Positions 14,277 through 28,500 of a DNA stretch of 64,000 nucleotides are shown one piece after another. Position numbers and translations under genes: made by a program. Every line of letters starts with the position of its first letter. The first letter of the stretch is position 1. The notes under the pieces are model-generated. The model had not been told where the DNA came from, ran no database searches, and saw only the letters and a program-made list of their open reading frames with translations. This DNA comes from Podarcis cretensis (taxonomy: Eukaryota): NCBI GenBank assembly GCA_951804945.1, contig OX638154.1, positions 63,426,001-63,490,000 of the forward strand, in the 5' to 3' direction.

Positions 14277-17200
14277 GTAAATGCAGGGGGGAAAGAGGAA
14301 TTAAAAATCATCCTAGATTTTAAGAAGCCATTCTTAAAGTTCCTTTGTTTTGTGCTTGATCATATCAAAATCTGCTGTTAAAGTCACAAGAAGGAGGAAT
14401 TGAGACCTGTTTTGTATGCCAAGCAATCATTTGATATTCAATTACACCCCAGTTTGTGATTTCTGAAGAATGTTGGGATTCACTCCCTCCCCTTTCTTAC
14501 TTCAAGTAACACGTTCCACATGTTAAGAAAATATGTCAAGATGTGAATTATAGCAGTTTATGACCTACCTGACATTTCATCTGTGCCTCTTGGAATCTGG
14601 ATTCAATATTACCTGCCTGGACTCTATGTTAACAAGCTTTGGTCTAAGTAGCCTTGCATGCACATTTTGCTATGAAATTTGGAGGCAATCAGTTAGTTGC
14701 TGGACTGGGAGGAGGAATGAAAAATCTTTTAATATTTGTATACAGCATGCAGAGAATTAGGATGTTGAATACACACACACAGTGGGCATGTGTTGGTCTG
14801 CAATTTCATTTGTGCTTGCATGAGAAACAAGTCTCCCATGCACACACAACGTGAAGTTGTTCTGGCATACCTGTTTTCCATGTCTTCAAATGGCTGTTAG
14901 TTTCTGAGATATGTGTATAATCAATACAGTAGAATCTCAGAAACCGAACACCTGTAAACATATCTGTAAACTCGAGATATGTGTATAATCAATACAGTAG
15001 AATCTCAGAAACCGAACACCTGTAAACTCGAACGTTTTGGCTCCCGAACGATTGGAAACCGGAAGTGATTGTTCTGGTTTTCGAATTATTTTTGGAAACC
15101 AAACATCTGGCGTGGCTTCCCCCCCTAAAAATCCTGGCTACACCCATGTACAGGAGTTCATTCCAGTCCTACACAGAGATATTGCCCACATTCCCAAAGC
15201 TGTCATTTTCTTCCACCGGGAAAAATGTATTGACACTTGTTTCTCTTGCTTCTCATCTAGCTTCACCCATGCAAAGCATCTTTTTTCTTTTTCTGTTTGG
15301 TGATAGTGTGTTTCCACTGCTTAGAAATATGATCATGGAAGGTGGAATTCTTGGCCTCTTAAAATACCCTTCTTTCTTTCACTTTCTGGTCGGGGAAAGT
15401 TGCCTTATAGCCCTTCCAAAGGGATGGGAAGAAAATAGGAAGTTGCCTTATACAGTGGTACCTCGGATTAAGTACTTAATTCATTCCGGAGGTCCGTTCT
15501 TAACCTGAAACTGTTCTTAACCTGAAGCACCACTTTAGCTAATGGGGCCTCCTGCTGCCACCGTGCTGCCGGAGCACGATTTCTGTTCTCATCCTGAAGC
15601 AAAGTTCTAAACACGAGGTACTATTTCTGGGTTAGCAGAGTCTGTAACCTGAAGCGTATGTAACCTGAGGTACCACTGTACTGGGCTGGAAAGTTTGTCC
15701 CTCTCCAGTCCACCCTTACTGGAAGGCTCAGACAGAGATCTTTCTCATCACTTGTTACCTAGCCCTTTCTTTAAAATATTTTATAAAAACAAAGTTTAAC
15801 CAGGTTTAAAACATGCAGAACATGTGCTTTTCCAATGGTCAGTTCTGGGGTGGGATTGCCAATCTCTTATCTGGCCTTTAAAGTACTGCAAAGCATGGTT
15901 TTATTTTTTACTAAAAAAAAATTATTAGTTTTTACAGTATCAATGACAAACAAAAACATAAAACAAACAAAACATAACAAACATAAATCATAACCTTATT
16001 GAAAATAACAGTTATTTACTTTGTAAAACGACTTCCTCGTTCCCCTTAGTTGAATTTCATTGCACATCCTTATAACGGTTTTCCAAATGCCAATTTTAAT
16101 ACAGTGGTGCCTCGCAAGACGAAAAGAATCCGTTCCACGATTCTCTTCATCTAGCGGTTTTTTCATCTTGCGAAGCAACCCTATTAGCGGATTAGCGCTA
16201 TTAGCGGCTTAGCAGCTATTAGCGGCTAAGCGGCTATTAGCGGCTTAGCGGCTTAGAAAAAGGGAGAAAAAAGCGAAAAAAATCACAAGACTCGCAAGAC
16301 GTTTTCATCTTGCGAAGCAAGCCCATAGGGAAATTCGTCTTGCGAAGCACCTCAAAAAACGGAAAACCCTTTCGTCTAGCGGGTTTTTCGTCTTGCGAGG
16401 CATTCATCTTGCGGGGCACCACTGTTCTCTTTAAATTAAACATTAACATCTTTAAATCTTCTCCTTCTTGTATTAAACATATTATTTTATCAGTTAACAT
16501 AGATACAATCCTAAGCCCTTTAAGTATCTGGACGCTATTTCCAGTTATTTTAGCTTAACAAATTTAACTAAATAATCTTTAAATTCCTTCCATTCTTCGT
16601 GGTGTTCCTCCTCCTTCTGGTCACGGACTCTTCCGGTTAGATCGGCTAGCTCCATACTATCCATCATCTTCATCTGCCATTCTTCTGCTGTTGGTAGTTC
16701 TTGAGTTTTCCACTTTTTAGCTAACAAAATACAAGCCGCAGTTGTGGCATACAAAAATAGATTAACATCTTTCTTGGGCAATTCCGAACCTGTTATTCCA
16801 AGAAGAAAGGCTCTGGTTTCTTTATAAAAGTATATTTCAACATTTTTTTCAATTCATTATAAATCTTTTCCCAGAAGTCTTTCACCTTGGAGCAGGTCCA
16901 CCACATATGAAAGAATGTTCCTTCTTTTATTTACATTTCCAACATGTATTATCACAATTATGATACATCTTTGCTAATTTTACAGGGGACAAATACCATC
17001 TATACATCATTTTCATAATATTTTCCTTTAACAAAGTACATGCGGTGAACTTCACCCCTTTCTTCCACAATCTTTCCCAGTCCTCAAACATTATGTTATG
17101 TCCTAAATCTCTTGCCCAATCTATCATCACCGATTTAACTTGTTCATCTTTCGTATGCCAGTCCAGCAAAAGCTTGTACATTTTAGATAAGTTTTTACCT

Positions 17201-19847
17201 TCAGTATCTAACAACTCCATCTCCAACTTAGATTTTTCCAAGGCAAAACCATTTTTCTTATCCAGTTTATACAATTCGTTAATCTGGTGGTAATGTAGCC
17301 AATTTAACTTATCTTTAATTTGCTCAAATGGTCTTAATTTATAGCCTTCCTCTTCCTCTATTAATAAGTCATAATATTTCAACCATTTGGTATCCATATT
17401 TAATTTTTTTCTGGGCTTTTGCCTCCATGGTTTTATTAAATATAATAGCAAGGTCAGTAGTTCGCCCACAGTGAACTTCCAGTGTTTTTAAACGTGCATT
17501 GAGAAATGACAGGTCATGCAAACATACAGCTTAAAGAAATCAACTTCCACCTGTTTTCCACAAGAACTGGCATGTGGTCTCAGAAGCATCCATATAAACC
17601 GGATTTTAAAGCTTGTTAAACGCCTCATGTAAATTGGTTCCCAGCCAGCACTCCCAATTAAGCAGATGTCCCTATTCAGTGACCTTCACAGTTCCTGCCA
17701 CTCTTCAGAAGCACTCCCTCCCCCAACAACTCCACAAATGTATACACTTCAGTGTTTCATTGGGTATGTTTTTCATGTTCTTATTAAATTATTGTAAAAC
17801 TGAATGAGTATTTTTTTAAAAAACAACAACAACAAACTTGTTATTCTGTCTCCCCTGCCCTCAACCTGACTACTTCTCCAGTGACTGTCTACCAACTGAG
17901 ACTCATTCAACTTTCAGTTTTGATTATATAAGCTAAATTGGCAGCATTAAACAGTTGCCTGTTTATCCTTTTTATCAGGAAATGAAATTTAAAAGGGACG
18001 CAACCACCCGTGAAGACCTGTTGAAAGCAGCAATTGATGCAGCAGGGAGGTGGTGGTTTCTCACCAAAACTTTAAAGAGAAATAAATGCTGCATTTTTTA
18101 AATTAAAAAAATCATTTTTAAAAAATCATTTTAATCAAGTGCATTACCTACCACCCTTGTTTCTATTCCTACTTTTCAGCAGACATTTGTTACAGAGAAG
18201 AGATTATTATGTTGTTGCTGCTGCTGAATTTAACAGTTGTCAAAAGGGCATTGCACATTAGAAATCTGAGTCTACAGACTTTTGGGGAAAATAGAGTCTT
18301 GTTATGAAGAAACAATAGATTGTCTTAGGACTACTGAGAGGACAGACACAAGATCTTGTGATTGCAGAGCACCAGTTCATATATACAAGTCAATCATGGC
18401 TAGAGCAGGGGTGGGGGACCTCCGGCACACATGCCTAATTAGGCATGGTACAGATCCCAATTTGGCCCACAATGTTGTTTCTTCCAAACCACACCCATAT
18501 GCTACACAACCGACATAATAAGGGATTGCCAGTGCACCATCAGGAGCCTTACAGTACACACACTGTTATGTATTGGCAAGGGAGACTTCCTGTTACTGCC
18601 AGTCAGCTGATTGGCAATGAAATTGAGCCAACTGGGATGAGCTTCACTATTAATTCCCCTTGGGGAGCTCTGTAGCCAGCTGATCCTTGAAGGGGCTTTG
18701 CAGGAAAAAACTTGCACTGGCTGCCAATATGCTTCCAGACCAAGTTTATGTTTCTTGTGTCTTGTGCTAATATACAAAGTCCTGGGGAGCTGGAGCTCAT
18801 CAACTTAAGAAGGTAGCCCATCTAGGAGAAGGAAAACTCTGGTCTTAAAGCTCCGCTGCTTTACGGGATATCTTTGGGAGAAGGAAAGGCTAAGGTACAA
18901 ACCCTACACAAATCTGAAGTGGAGTCCCTAAGATGGTTGGATTGCATCTTGCATCTTCTGGCAACTCCTGCAGCCAAGCTGGTGCCAAACGTATTGCTTT
19001 CCTTTCCTTTGGACTACATCAGTTGTTTGAGCAGCTTAGAACTTCCATACATACAGCCTGGGCTTGCCCCCTGGGAAGGTCACTTCAGTGCTGCTAATAC
19101 AGCAGTCTGACTTCACCCCTAGAAGCACACTCCATCTTGAGACAGATGGATACCAACTATAGGCAACATGGTATTAGCATGGCTTAGGAACTGGCTGCCT
19201 AACTGCTTATGATCCTGTCCAATAACTGCAGTTGTTAGGAAGGGCATGTTAGTAATCCCTCATGGCCCCTGTTTTCTGCTCCGCCATCATAAGGAGTAGG
19301 GCTTTTAGGATGATAGTGGCTATTCTCTTAGACAAGCAGCAACATGATATGTTTCAGACCCTTTCTGAAAACCTTGCTATTCAGGCAAGCATTCTTCAAA
19401 AGTCTTCCAACGATGACTGGAGCTGATAGAGTACTCCTTAATATATAAAAATTCTGTAGCAGCAGGGATTCTGTAAAATCGTTGTCACTGCTCAAACTTT
19501 CCCTCCCTGCAGTTTTTGCTCCCTTTCCTTTTTGATCGAATGCTTGAATCCTATGCTCACTTACTCTGGTGTACTGCTGAGGATGGCTCTGTTAATGCTG
19601 GTTTTGAGAGGGTCAAAATCCCCAGTGTTCAGATTCTCTAATATTCTACTAAATCTAATGCTTTTGGTCACTCATTTATGTGATGGTTCATAGATTATCC
19701 ATGATTCTCCTCACAAAATCTTTAAATGTGAAATTGCTTCATGTGGTGAAAAGAGGTAAAATTACAGCTTTCATATTCATGCACAATTTACCTTTTCATT
19801 TTCTCTTGCTATACAGGGATATTCAGTAAATCAAGTACCCCTTATGG

Positions 19848-19895
<48 letters not shown>

Positions 19896-20899
19896 ATTTG
19901 TGGGGTCCCATGAGTAGCTGAGGCAGTAAATTACTATGACTTTGTTTGAGAATTTTTTTAGTTACAGCACATTAGCTCTTTTGTTTGCTTTTCCACTGAT
20001 AGAGTGTGTGTTTTTGTTTGAGAATTTGTGTTTCTTGAATGTCTCATTTATGGGTAATATAGGACGTAAAATGTGAAGGTCGTACAACAAAAGGTACCAA
20101 AGAAATTGACCTAAGTACCATTCACCAGTCTGCTAAACTGTTTCAGAAAATGTGTAACTTATTTCAGACTTTGGTTGGGTTTTCCCCCTTATAAACCCCA
20201 GTGTGTATAATGAATGTCTGACGTTACACACAAGGTAGCTATATATAATAACCTTGCCCTGGCTCATCCAGCTATCTCGGTTTATTTGAAAGATTAATAG
20301 ATCAGAGGGCCAAGGGACGTGTTTTATTGTACATTTCTGTTCCAGATTTCCTGACATTTGGGGTTTAAAAAATAGACCTTTAACAGGCAAAGGAAGGGCT
20401 AATAAGAAGCAGATTCTAATGTGATTGTATGTCAAAATGTCAAAAATAACTGCTTATCTTTGACTTCATAGCATTACTCTTCAGCCATTTTATTCACGTA
20501 GATGGGTAGGCACATACATTTATTTATATATATACACACACAATCCACTTCATTGCACTATTCTCCATCCTTTATGTATGTGTGATATATCTACACATGC
20601 AAATATATATCTATATACATATAGAGGAGACCTCTACATATATACCTATTTGTACACACTTTTAGCAAGTTGAGGTTTGGAATAAGACACAGTTTGGTTT
20701 CTAAAATGACAACAAAATTCCTTGATGTTTTTCAGTAGTTTAGGTTACAAGATGATATGGATTTCTGTGTGCTAGTCACAAATTACTTATTTGTTATAAA
20801 CAATAATTTGTAGCACATAGCTTTTCTAGACTGTGATTTCCTTTTCTTTTTTTATACAGTTGTTGAACCTGGTACTTTAATCATACATTTGTAAATGCT

Positions 20900-20936
<37 letters not shown>

Positions 20937-22213
20937 TACCGCTAACAACATAATTGTTGTTATAGTTTTTGCATTTGCTTTGGGCCATTTTGGAACTGAT
21001 ACATTTTATAAATTAGTAACAAGTGTGTAGACCTCCTGCTTGTTTTACAAACCAGATTTCAAGTAAAGAAAAATGTAATTCCTCCACACCAGTTTTCACT
21101 TATCAAAATTGTCACTAAAGCTCTTTGGAAATTTTAAAATGCATTCAGAAACAAAGCAGTATGAAAAATCTAAAACTGTCGAAAGGAGTATAGTCAGGTA
21201 GAAAATCCACTTTGTATTGACAGCTAAAAGTTTGCTTGTTCTCCTTACCATCTTCGAAAATATTGAAGGCCGTTCTAGAGTAAATCTCAGTTTAAAAGAT
21301 GCAGCATAAATTAATAAATAATGTCATTAAAGTTTGGTCATGTTTCATTTTTGAAATCTCATTTAATATTTCAGAATGGTAGTCACTCAAAGAGTAACTG
21401 CTTTTGTTTATTTTTGTTTTTGTGAAGAGTTATTATTCATCCAATCATATATGGCATCATGTATCGTTAACTTTCTTTATATGAAAATTAGGAATAAATA
21501 TAAATATATTTGTTCTAACTTTTAAATAAATTTCAGTGTGTTCATCTCATGCCTGTTACTCTGCTGCTATACAGTTGACTGTGTGCTAAGGGGATATTAT
21601 TGAATTGAATTAATACATTTAGGAATGTGCTGTCTGGAATGCACTATTAAAATACTTTTGCCCTTGTTTTACTGCCTTTTCCCTTCAGTGGGGGTCAGAG
21701 ACTGGGGTTTCATGGAATTTTATTCTGCTTCCTTTCCTGTTTCAAATATTGACATTTATTTATTTAAAACATTTCTTTAAACTTGATTTTCATCATAAAT
21801 CATCCAGGACAACAAAACTCAATGAAGCAATAGTGGTTGACAGGAAAAGGCAAAATTAACTTATCCATTTAAAGCTTTGAAGAAGGAAACTGTATTCACC
21901 TGCTACCTGAAGTTCAGAGAGCAGGCAACAGATGAGTTTCTAGGAAGAGCATTTCATTATTGGGATACCAGCACTGAGAAAATTCAGTTCTGAGTTGCCA
22001 CCTATCTAACGTTTGAAGGTGTGGGCACTTAGAGCAGGGCTTCCAATGGAGATATTATACTTAAAGAATGGAAAACTTCATAAGGAAGTTTCTCTGCTCC
22101 CAAAACATACAGTGAGATTAGAGTATATGGTTTGAGTGCCAGGCCAGGACAAGGGAGACCGATTCAACTGTCCACTTGGCCATGAAGCTCACTGGGTGAC
22201 TGTGAGTCGGTCC

Positions 22214-22268
<55 letters not shown>

Positions 22269-22503
22269 TCTAATGTACGTGAAAGGGTTGTGATAAAATG
22301 AAGGGAGGGAACCATGTATGCCACCTTAAGCTCCTAAATTGAAGGGTGACAAAAATATAATAAATGAACCCCAGAAGCTGATATGCTGGCTGCAAAGGGA
22401 CACTGTCTTTTCCTTTTTCATCCTGTGGCTTGAGTGTTGGTAGTCTAAATAAATCAGAAAGGCTGATAGAGATGTATGACACTGCAAAGCTGTCTAGCTT
22501 CTG

Positions 22504-22543
<40 letters not shown>

Positions 22544-25500
22544 AAGAGGGAAGGGAGAAAAAAAGGAAGAAAGAAAATGGCTAAGCTTTCAGAAAATATC
22601 CACCCTAATGCCTACTGCCTGCTTCTGTATATTATTAACTCGGAAAGGAATATATGCAGTGGAACAATAAAGAGAAAACACAATCCATTCAGCACTATGT
22701 GTTTGGATAAAGCTTTCTATGAATGCTTCATTGAGAACTTTGGTGAAATAAAAGCAAGCTGGCTGAGCAAAATGAGTTGCTGGCCTTTGCTTCCTGCTTG
22801 AAATGCTGATGACCAAATATTTCCATTCACGTCTCTTTTAACTTTTTGATATGCTTCATGTGGGTTGCCAAATAATAAAAAAGCATTATTCTGTTGTCTG
22901 AAATGTCAATTTGCATTTTCCTTGTTTTTATTAATCAATATGATGAAATGATTCATTTTCAAGACACTCCTGCATCCTCTTTTGCTGCCATCTTCATTAC
23001 CCCAAGGAAAAAGAAAAGAGGAACTAAGGTTCTTTACTTGCATTCAATTCTTATTTTTGCAGCTGAATGGCTTGGAACAGATTCTAGCATGACATCCTGG
23101 TAGTACTAACAGCAGCATTAGCAATGATAATGAGCTTTTTGCTTTTGCCTTAGCATGCCAAATGTTCATCAGAATAAGTTGCAACTTAAGTTTAAGTTAG
23201 AATAATCCTACAAATATTCAAATTCCTTTGCAAGAATTTGCCAGTTTTACTTTAAAACGCACCTGGACGCCACCACTTAAAGTAGTAAATAGTCTGAAAG
23301 CTTTCCTGTTTTAACAATGCACATATTTCTTCTTACAATGCACATTTTGTGGTTTCAGAACTCCTTAAACTTAACTGTGTATTAAAGCACTATTCCATAA
23401 TGAAAAAATGAGGGGGAAAGTTGCAGAATAAAGACACCTAATATTTAGTTTTTGCATTCTTTGTCTCCAGTTTATACTCTTAGACTCATGAAGGTGACTT
23501 ATGATGTGCAGTGTTTTCTTTGGCAATGCCTCAAAACCAGAAACATATTTAAGGCCAAGCTTTCTAGATATTATCTCAAGTAATTTAGAAGTTCATTATA
23601 GGGCACCCACTAGGCCTGCTACAGTAAGGGTCTGTCAGCATTTTACAGTGGTTTATAACTTGAGCATAAAGAAAAAAAGTCTCTGTGGGTTGAAACTTGG
23701 CATTTAGGATTTAAGACTGGGAACAGATTGTTTTAACAAATTGAAAAGTAAAATTGACTTGTTATCAAATTATATGTGGTCTAAATTTTAGATTTCTGGT
23801 TTCATCTCAAAATTTCTGACATTAAAGTATTTTCTGAAAGCGTCGTCATACATGCTTGGTATCAAACAAAGGCGAATACCGGTATATGTTTTTTAAAAAT
23901 GAAGAAAATGCTAACTGATTTATGGTACAATCCTTAAATCCTCCTAAATTCAGACATATAATTGGTGTATTCTGTAGCAATTAGCTTGAGTGCCATAGCC
24001 AAAAAAATATTAAAGGGTTGATGATATAATTTGGGTCAGGATTTACATTATGCAACCTGTTTTCAATGACAGTGTTCATGTCAAGAACAGGTGAAGCAGT
24101 AATAAAACAATTGTCCTTCTGAGGATCCATCTTGATACTATGGTTCTCCCTCCCCCTCTGCACACAGTGGCCTAGGTAGCAAAACTCAGGTTTACTCAGT
24201 GCTGCCCCACCCTTTCCTCTACACACCAATTGGGAAATCCTGTTTTTACTTGAAAATGCATCTTCCTGACGCTGTAATCAGGTGGGTAATCCATGGCCTT
24301 ATGTGTGCAGCATCTGGTAGCACTCAGGGATCTCCCTTCCTTTCCATAAACCCTGCAGTGGCATTGGAGCTTGGAGACTCAGCCTAACAGAGCAGCGTAA
24401 CATCCTTTAGAAATATGTTCTAGCTGCTACACTTCATGGAGAGGGAAGATACCCTTGCTACTGCCTTCTGTGATGACTTCTCATGGCCTCCCACAACACA
24501 CCACAGGTGTGACATAGTGATCCAGAAGCTCCTCTTGCTCCTCTTGTGAAGATTTTATTTCCACTGGGAACCCTGTGCTTTGCCACACTTCTTGGTGCAG
24601 TCCTGAAACGAGGAAAACTCTACAGTGGTGTTGGGAAGATGCTTCAGAAATGCCTCCTTGAGACTTAATGTCGAAGTAAACCTATATAAGTTCAGACTAC
24701 AGGAACTATAAGAGGCAGACAAAGGATGGGAGGGAAACTTAAGAATGTGTGTGAATGGATGTGTGTGTGAGAGAGTAAGATAATGAATGATGGATGGATG
24801 GCTGGGGTGTATACTTGGGGTGTGAATGGATGACTTGTGGGTTGGGGGCTTGTGTGAAAGTAAGAATGAATGAATGAATGAATGAATGAATGAATGAATG
24901 ATGAAAGTGTGAGAGAGAAGGGGGTGACAAAAATAGGTATCCCTGTTGTTTTGTCCTTACCCATTGCTGATATACAGCAAGCAACCATTTTCTTCCACAA
25001 CAAAGGGCTAGGTAAGGCATTGGTCTGATTCCGTATGACATCTCCTTTTATCTATATCTGGACATCTAAATGCAGCTACATCTCTGTAAAATTTATATCT
25101 GTGTTTTTGTGATGATGCAACCATATTATAACAGTGTATATTAAATTATCCATTTATCGACGTGTCAGAAATAAATCAGCACCCTGTTAATTGTTCCTCA
25201 CCCGTGCTTCTTTGGAAATACTGTATGTTCTGTGTTAGTTTTCTGTACCCTTGTCAGCATGACGATCATAGAAAAATTAATATTTCCCTCTTTGACTCTA
25301 TTGCACTGTAAAGCAGCTAAATTACTCTCTTTGAAGTGTAATCAAGTTCAGCATTGTAAAGAAATCTAATACTTAAAATTTGAATGCGGTTGCTCAGAAG
25401 CTGTGCACTATTAGTATGATTTTATTAAATGCAGATTTTTGTGGGAATTCAAGAATGTATGATCTGACTCAGGCTATACTTTAACAATGAGTTTTCTTTT

Positions 25501-28500
25501 AAGTGTTCAAAGCATGATGCCAGATTATATGGACCCCTAAGTGAGTGGTGAACCCACTTCCCCTTGCTCACTTGTAAAATTGTAGTCAACTGTCTTCATT
25601 GCTATAATACCTTCTTCAGTAAAATGGTGATCATAGATACTGCCAGCCCCTTGTGAGTTCTTTGCCCACAGTATTCATGATATTGCAACGTCTTTGATAT
25701 GAAGCTAAACATCTAACCAAAGTTTACATAGGCAAAATTGTGTTAAGGTGTTAAAAGCTTGTAAAATTAGGTCTCTTTAATCACCTCCTTTGCCTTCTAA
25801 ATTACAGTTCCGCAGTAGCTCTGTAATTGAAAGCACATATATTTACAAAATTGTACTTTGAGAGTTGACTTTTAGGTGGGTTGGATTTTAGTAAAGATGT
25901 CCAGGAACAGCATTTGCTATTGGCTACCAAATCTGAACATCTGGATAGGAAAAGGTGGCCCTTTGAAGAGAGAAGCTGGTTAAATTTGGATTTAAAGAGT
26001 AAACGTGCCATACTTGAAGGAAATTAATAGAGATAGGCAGCAGTTGGTGTTGTGTTGCATGGAAGAAAACATTGGCACTACTGATAGCCAAAAAATGGAA
26101 CATAGATCCAATAATGGACATTTGAATCCTAATGCAATGCAAAAAAAAGAAGCTAGAAAAAATGGAGGATGTAGGTCTTGTGGAAATGAAACCAATACAT
26201 GCATCAACATCAGAAGCGGTTAGATTTCTAGTTCAAGAGGGGGAAGAAGTTTATTTTCTTTAAGAAACTCATTCTTGAAAGAAACCAACAGACCTGTTTT
26301 CTGACCAGATCCAGAGATACGTGCCTATTTAGCTGAACATTGGGAATATTAAAGTGTTTGCTAAATGTTGTTAAAGTACCAGCGTTACTTCATGCTACTC
26401 ATTTATGTGTGAAGGCCTACAGCTACCATAAAATTATATTAATGTATATACAGATGAGTGGTCAAGCTTGTAAGGTAAAAAAAGTAAAGGACCCTTGGAC
26501 GGTTAAGTCCAGTCACAGGTGACCATGGGGTGCGGCACTCACCCCACTTTTCAGGATGAGGGAGCCAGCATTTGTCCACAGACAGCTTTCTGGGTCACAT
26601 GGCCAGCACGACCAACCGCTACTGGCACACGGAGGACCATGACAAGTGCCAGAGCGCACGGAAACACCATTTACCTTCCTGCCACAGTGGCACCCATTTA
26701 TCTACTTGCACTTGTATGCTTTCGAACTTCTAGGTTGGGAGAAGCTGGGACAGAGCATGGGAGCTCACCCTGTCATGCGGATTTGAATGCTAACCTTCCA
26801 GTCGGCAAGCCCAAGAGGCTCAGTGGCTTAGACCACAGCACTACCCGCATCCCTAGGTCAAGCTAGCATAACTTGCTAGAGAGTTGGGTTTATCTGGTCT
26901 AGAAAACTTAGTTGTGGCTTCCCATAGGCAGCTTACCTTTTCAACAACATTGCTTGGATAAATAAAGCTACCATAACAGAGGTAAAACAGGGTGAGTATG
27001 TATAAAAAGCTACCAAAAAAAAGACAATTAATTTTTCAAATTAGGTAGTTGCCTTCACCTGAAACTCATCTGCTGGACTAAGAAGACAATTCACACAATA
27101 TTTTATGTCCAAAATACAGATAGATATAAATGCATACTCAATATGTTGGTTGTTAAACTTACTGAAGAAAAGCTTAGCTTTAGTACCAAATGTAAGTTTC
27201 AAATGATTTCAAGTTGTTTCCACTTTCAGAAATCTGATAATAATCATATAGCAATAAAATGAAATAAGTGTGCTGGGTGAACAGTGACAGAAGTAGCTAA
27301 ATATTATATAAGGCAATGCAGAGCCGTTATCTATATTGTCTAAATAACATAACCACGAGCACATTTGGAATGCGAAAGAGACAGAACAGATCTTCCAACA
27401 GTCAGCTTTATGAGTATACATCTAAATGTAAGACAGCATCTTCAGTAGATTATTTGTGACACTTTCCCTTATACTACTTTACATATTTGTATGTGTTGTA
27501 TGTAGCAATAGATATACATCCACTAATCTTTCTTGATAGGAAAAAGAGATTCATTCACAGTTGATATGCTAGAATACATTATTTATGTTTGAATAGGAAT
27601 TTCTTGGGTGCAAGAAACTGATTTGTTTAAAACTGTGGCCAAGTGAACAGTTGTTTTGTCTAATCCCTCTTCCTTGTGTATTTTACAGATTATTTCTTGA
27701 AGCTTGATGAGCCCATGAACAATATCACCACTACCTTAGGCCAGACGGCAGAACTGCACTGTAGGGTTTCTGGGAATCCTCCTCCAACTGTGCGTTGGTT
27801 GAAAAATGATGCTCCCGTCGTACAGGAACCCAGAAGGATATCTTTCCGTGCGACGAACTATGGATCCCGATTACGAATCAGAAACCTTGATACCACAGAC
27901 ACCGGCTACTTTCAGTGCGTGGCAACAAATGGCAAGAAAACCGTTTCTACCACTGGGGTACTGTTTGTGAAATTCGGTAAGAAGTCCCTCTTGCTGGAAA
28001 AGTTCCTCTTTCAAGAAAAGTTGGGTAAAATGGAGGCAAAGATAAATGTTTCCCCATCATGCCCAACCAAGTTAACACAGAACGTAGCTGAACAAAACTG
28101 CATATTCAGAATAACAAAGCAAGCAGATTTATCACTTTATTCAATTATTTACTTTTCAGATTACATCTGATTGATGTTAATACAAGCCATTGCAATCTGA
28201 TTGATGTTAATACAAGCCGTTGCAATGGAGAATCTTGTGATATTGTTACATTATAAACAGCTTGTTAAACAAACAGTGTTGGAGGCAGGCATAACTAAGA
28301 GCCAAACTACATGTTATATTAAATGTGTAAGCATTTTTTATTACTTAAATATCAGCCACACAGGCTAGGATAGCACTGAGATATTGGTGTGCAGGGATTT
28401 AATGTTTTCTTTTCCTGCTGTCCTGCTTGGGCAGGGAAACCATTTCCCACATATGATGCTGTTAGTGCCAATGGAAGCTTTTCTCCCATGGCTAAATGCA

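Noticed and set aside
16183-16256. Interstitial telomere or CRISPR-like array
   Set aside because: The unit is TTAGCGG, not TTAGGG. There are no unique spacers, it sits inside a MITE, and the genome is eukaryotic.
16545-17469. Nested antisense host gene
   Set aside because: These are L1 ORF2 remnants with a stop, a frameshift, 5' truncation and a TSD.
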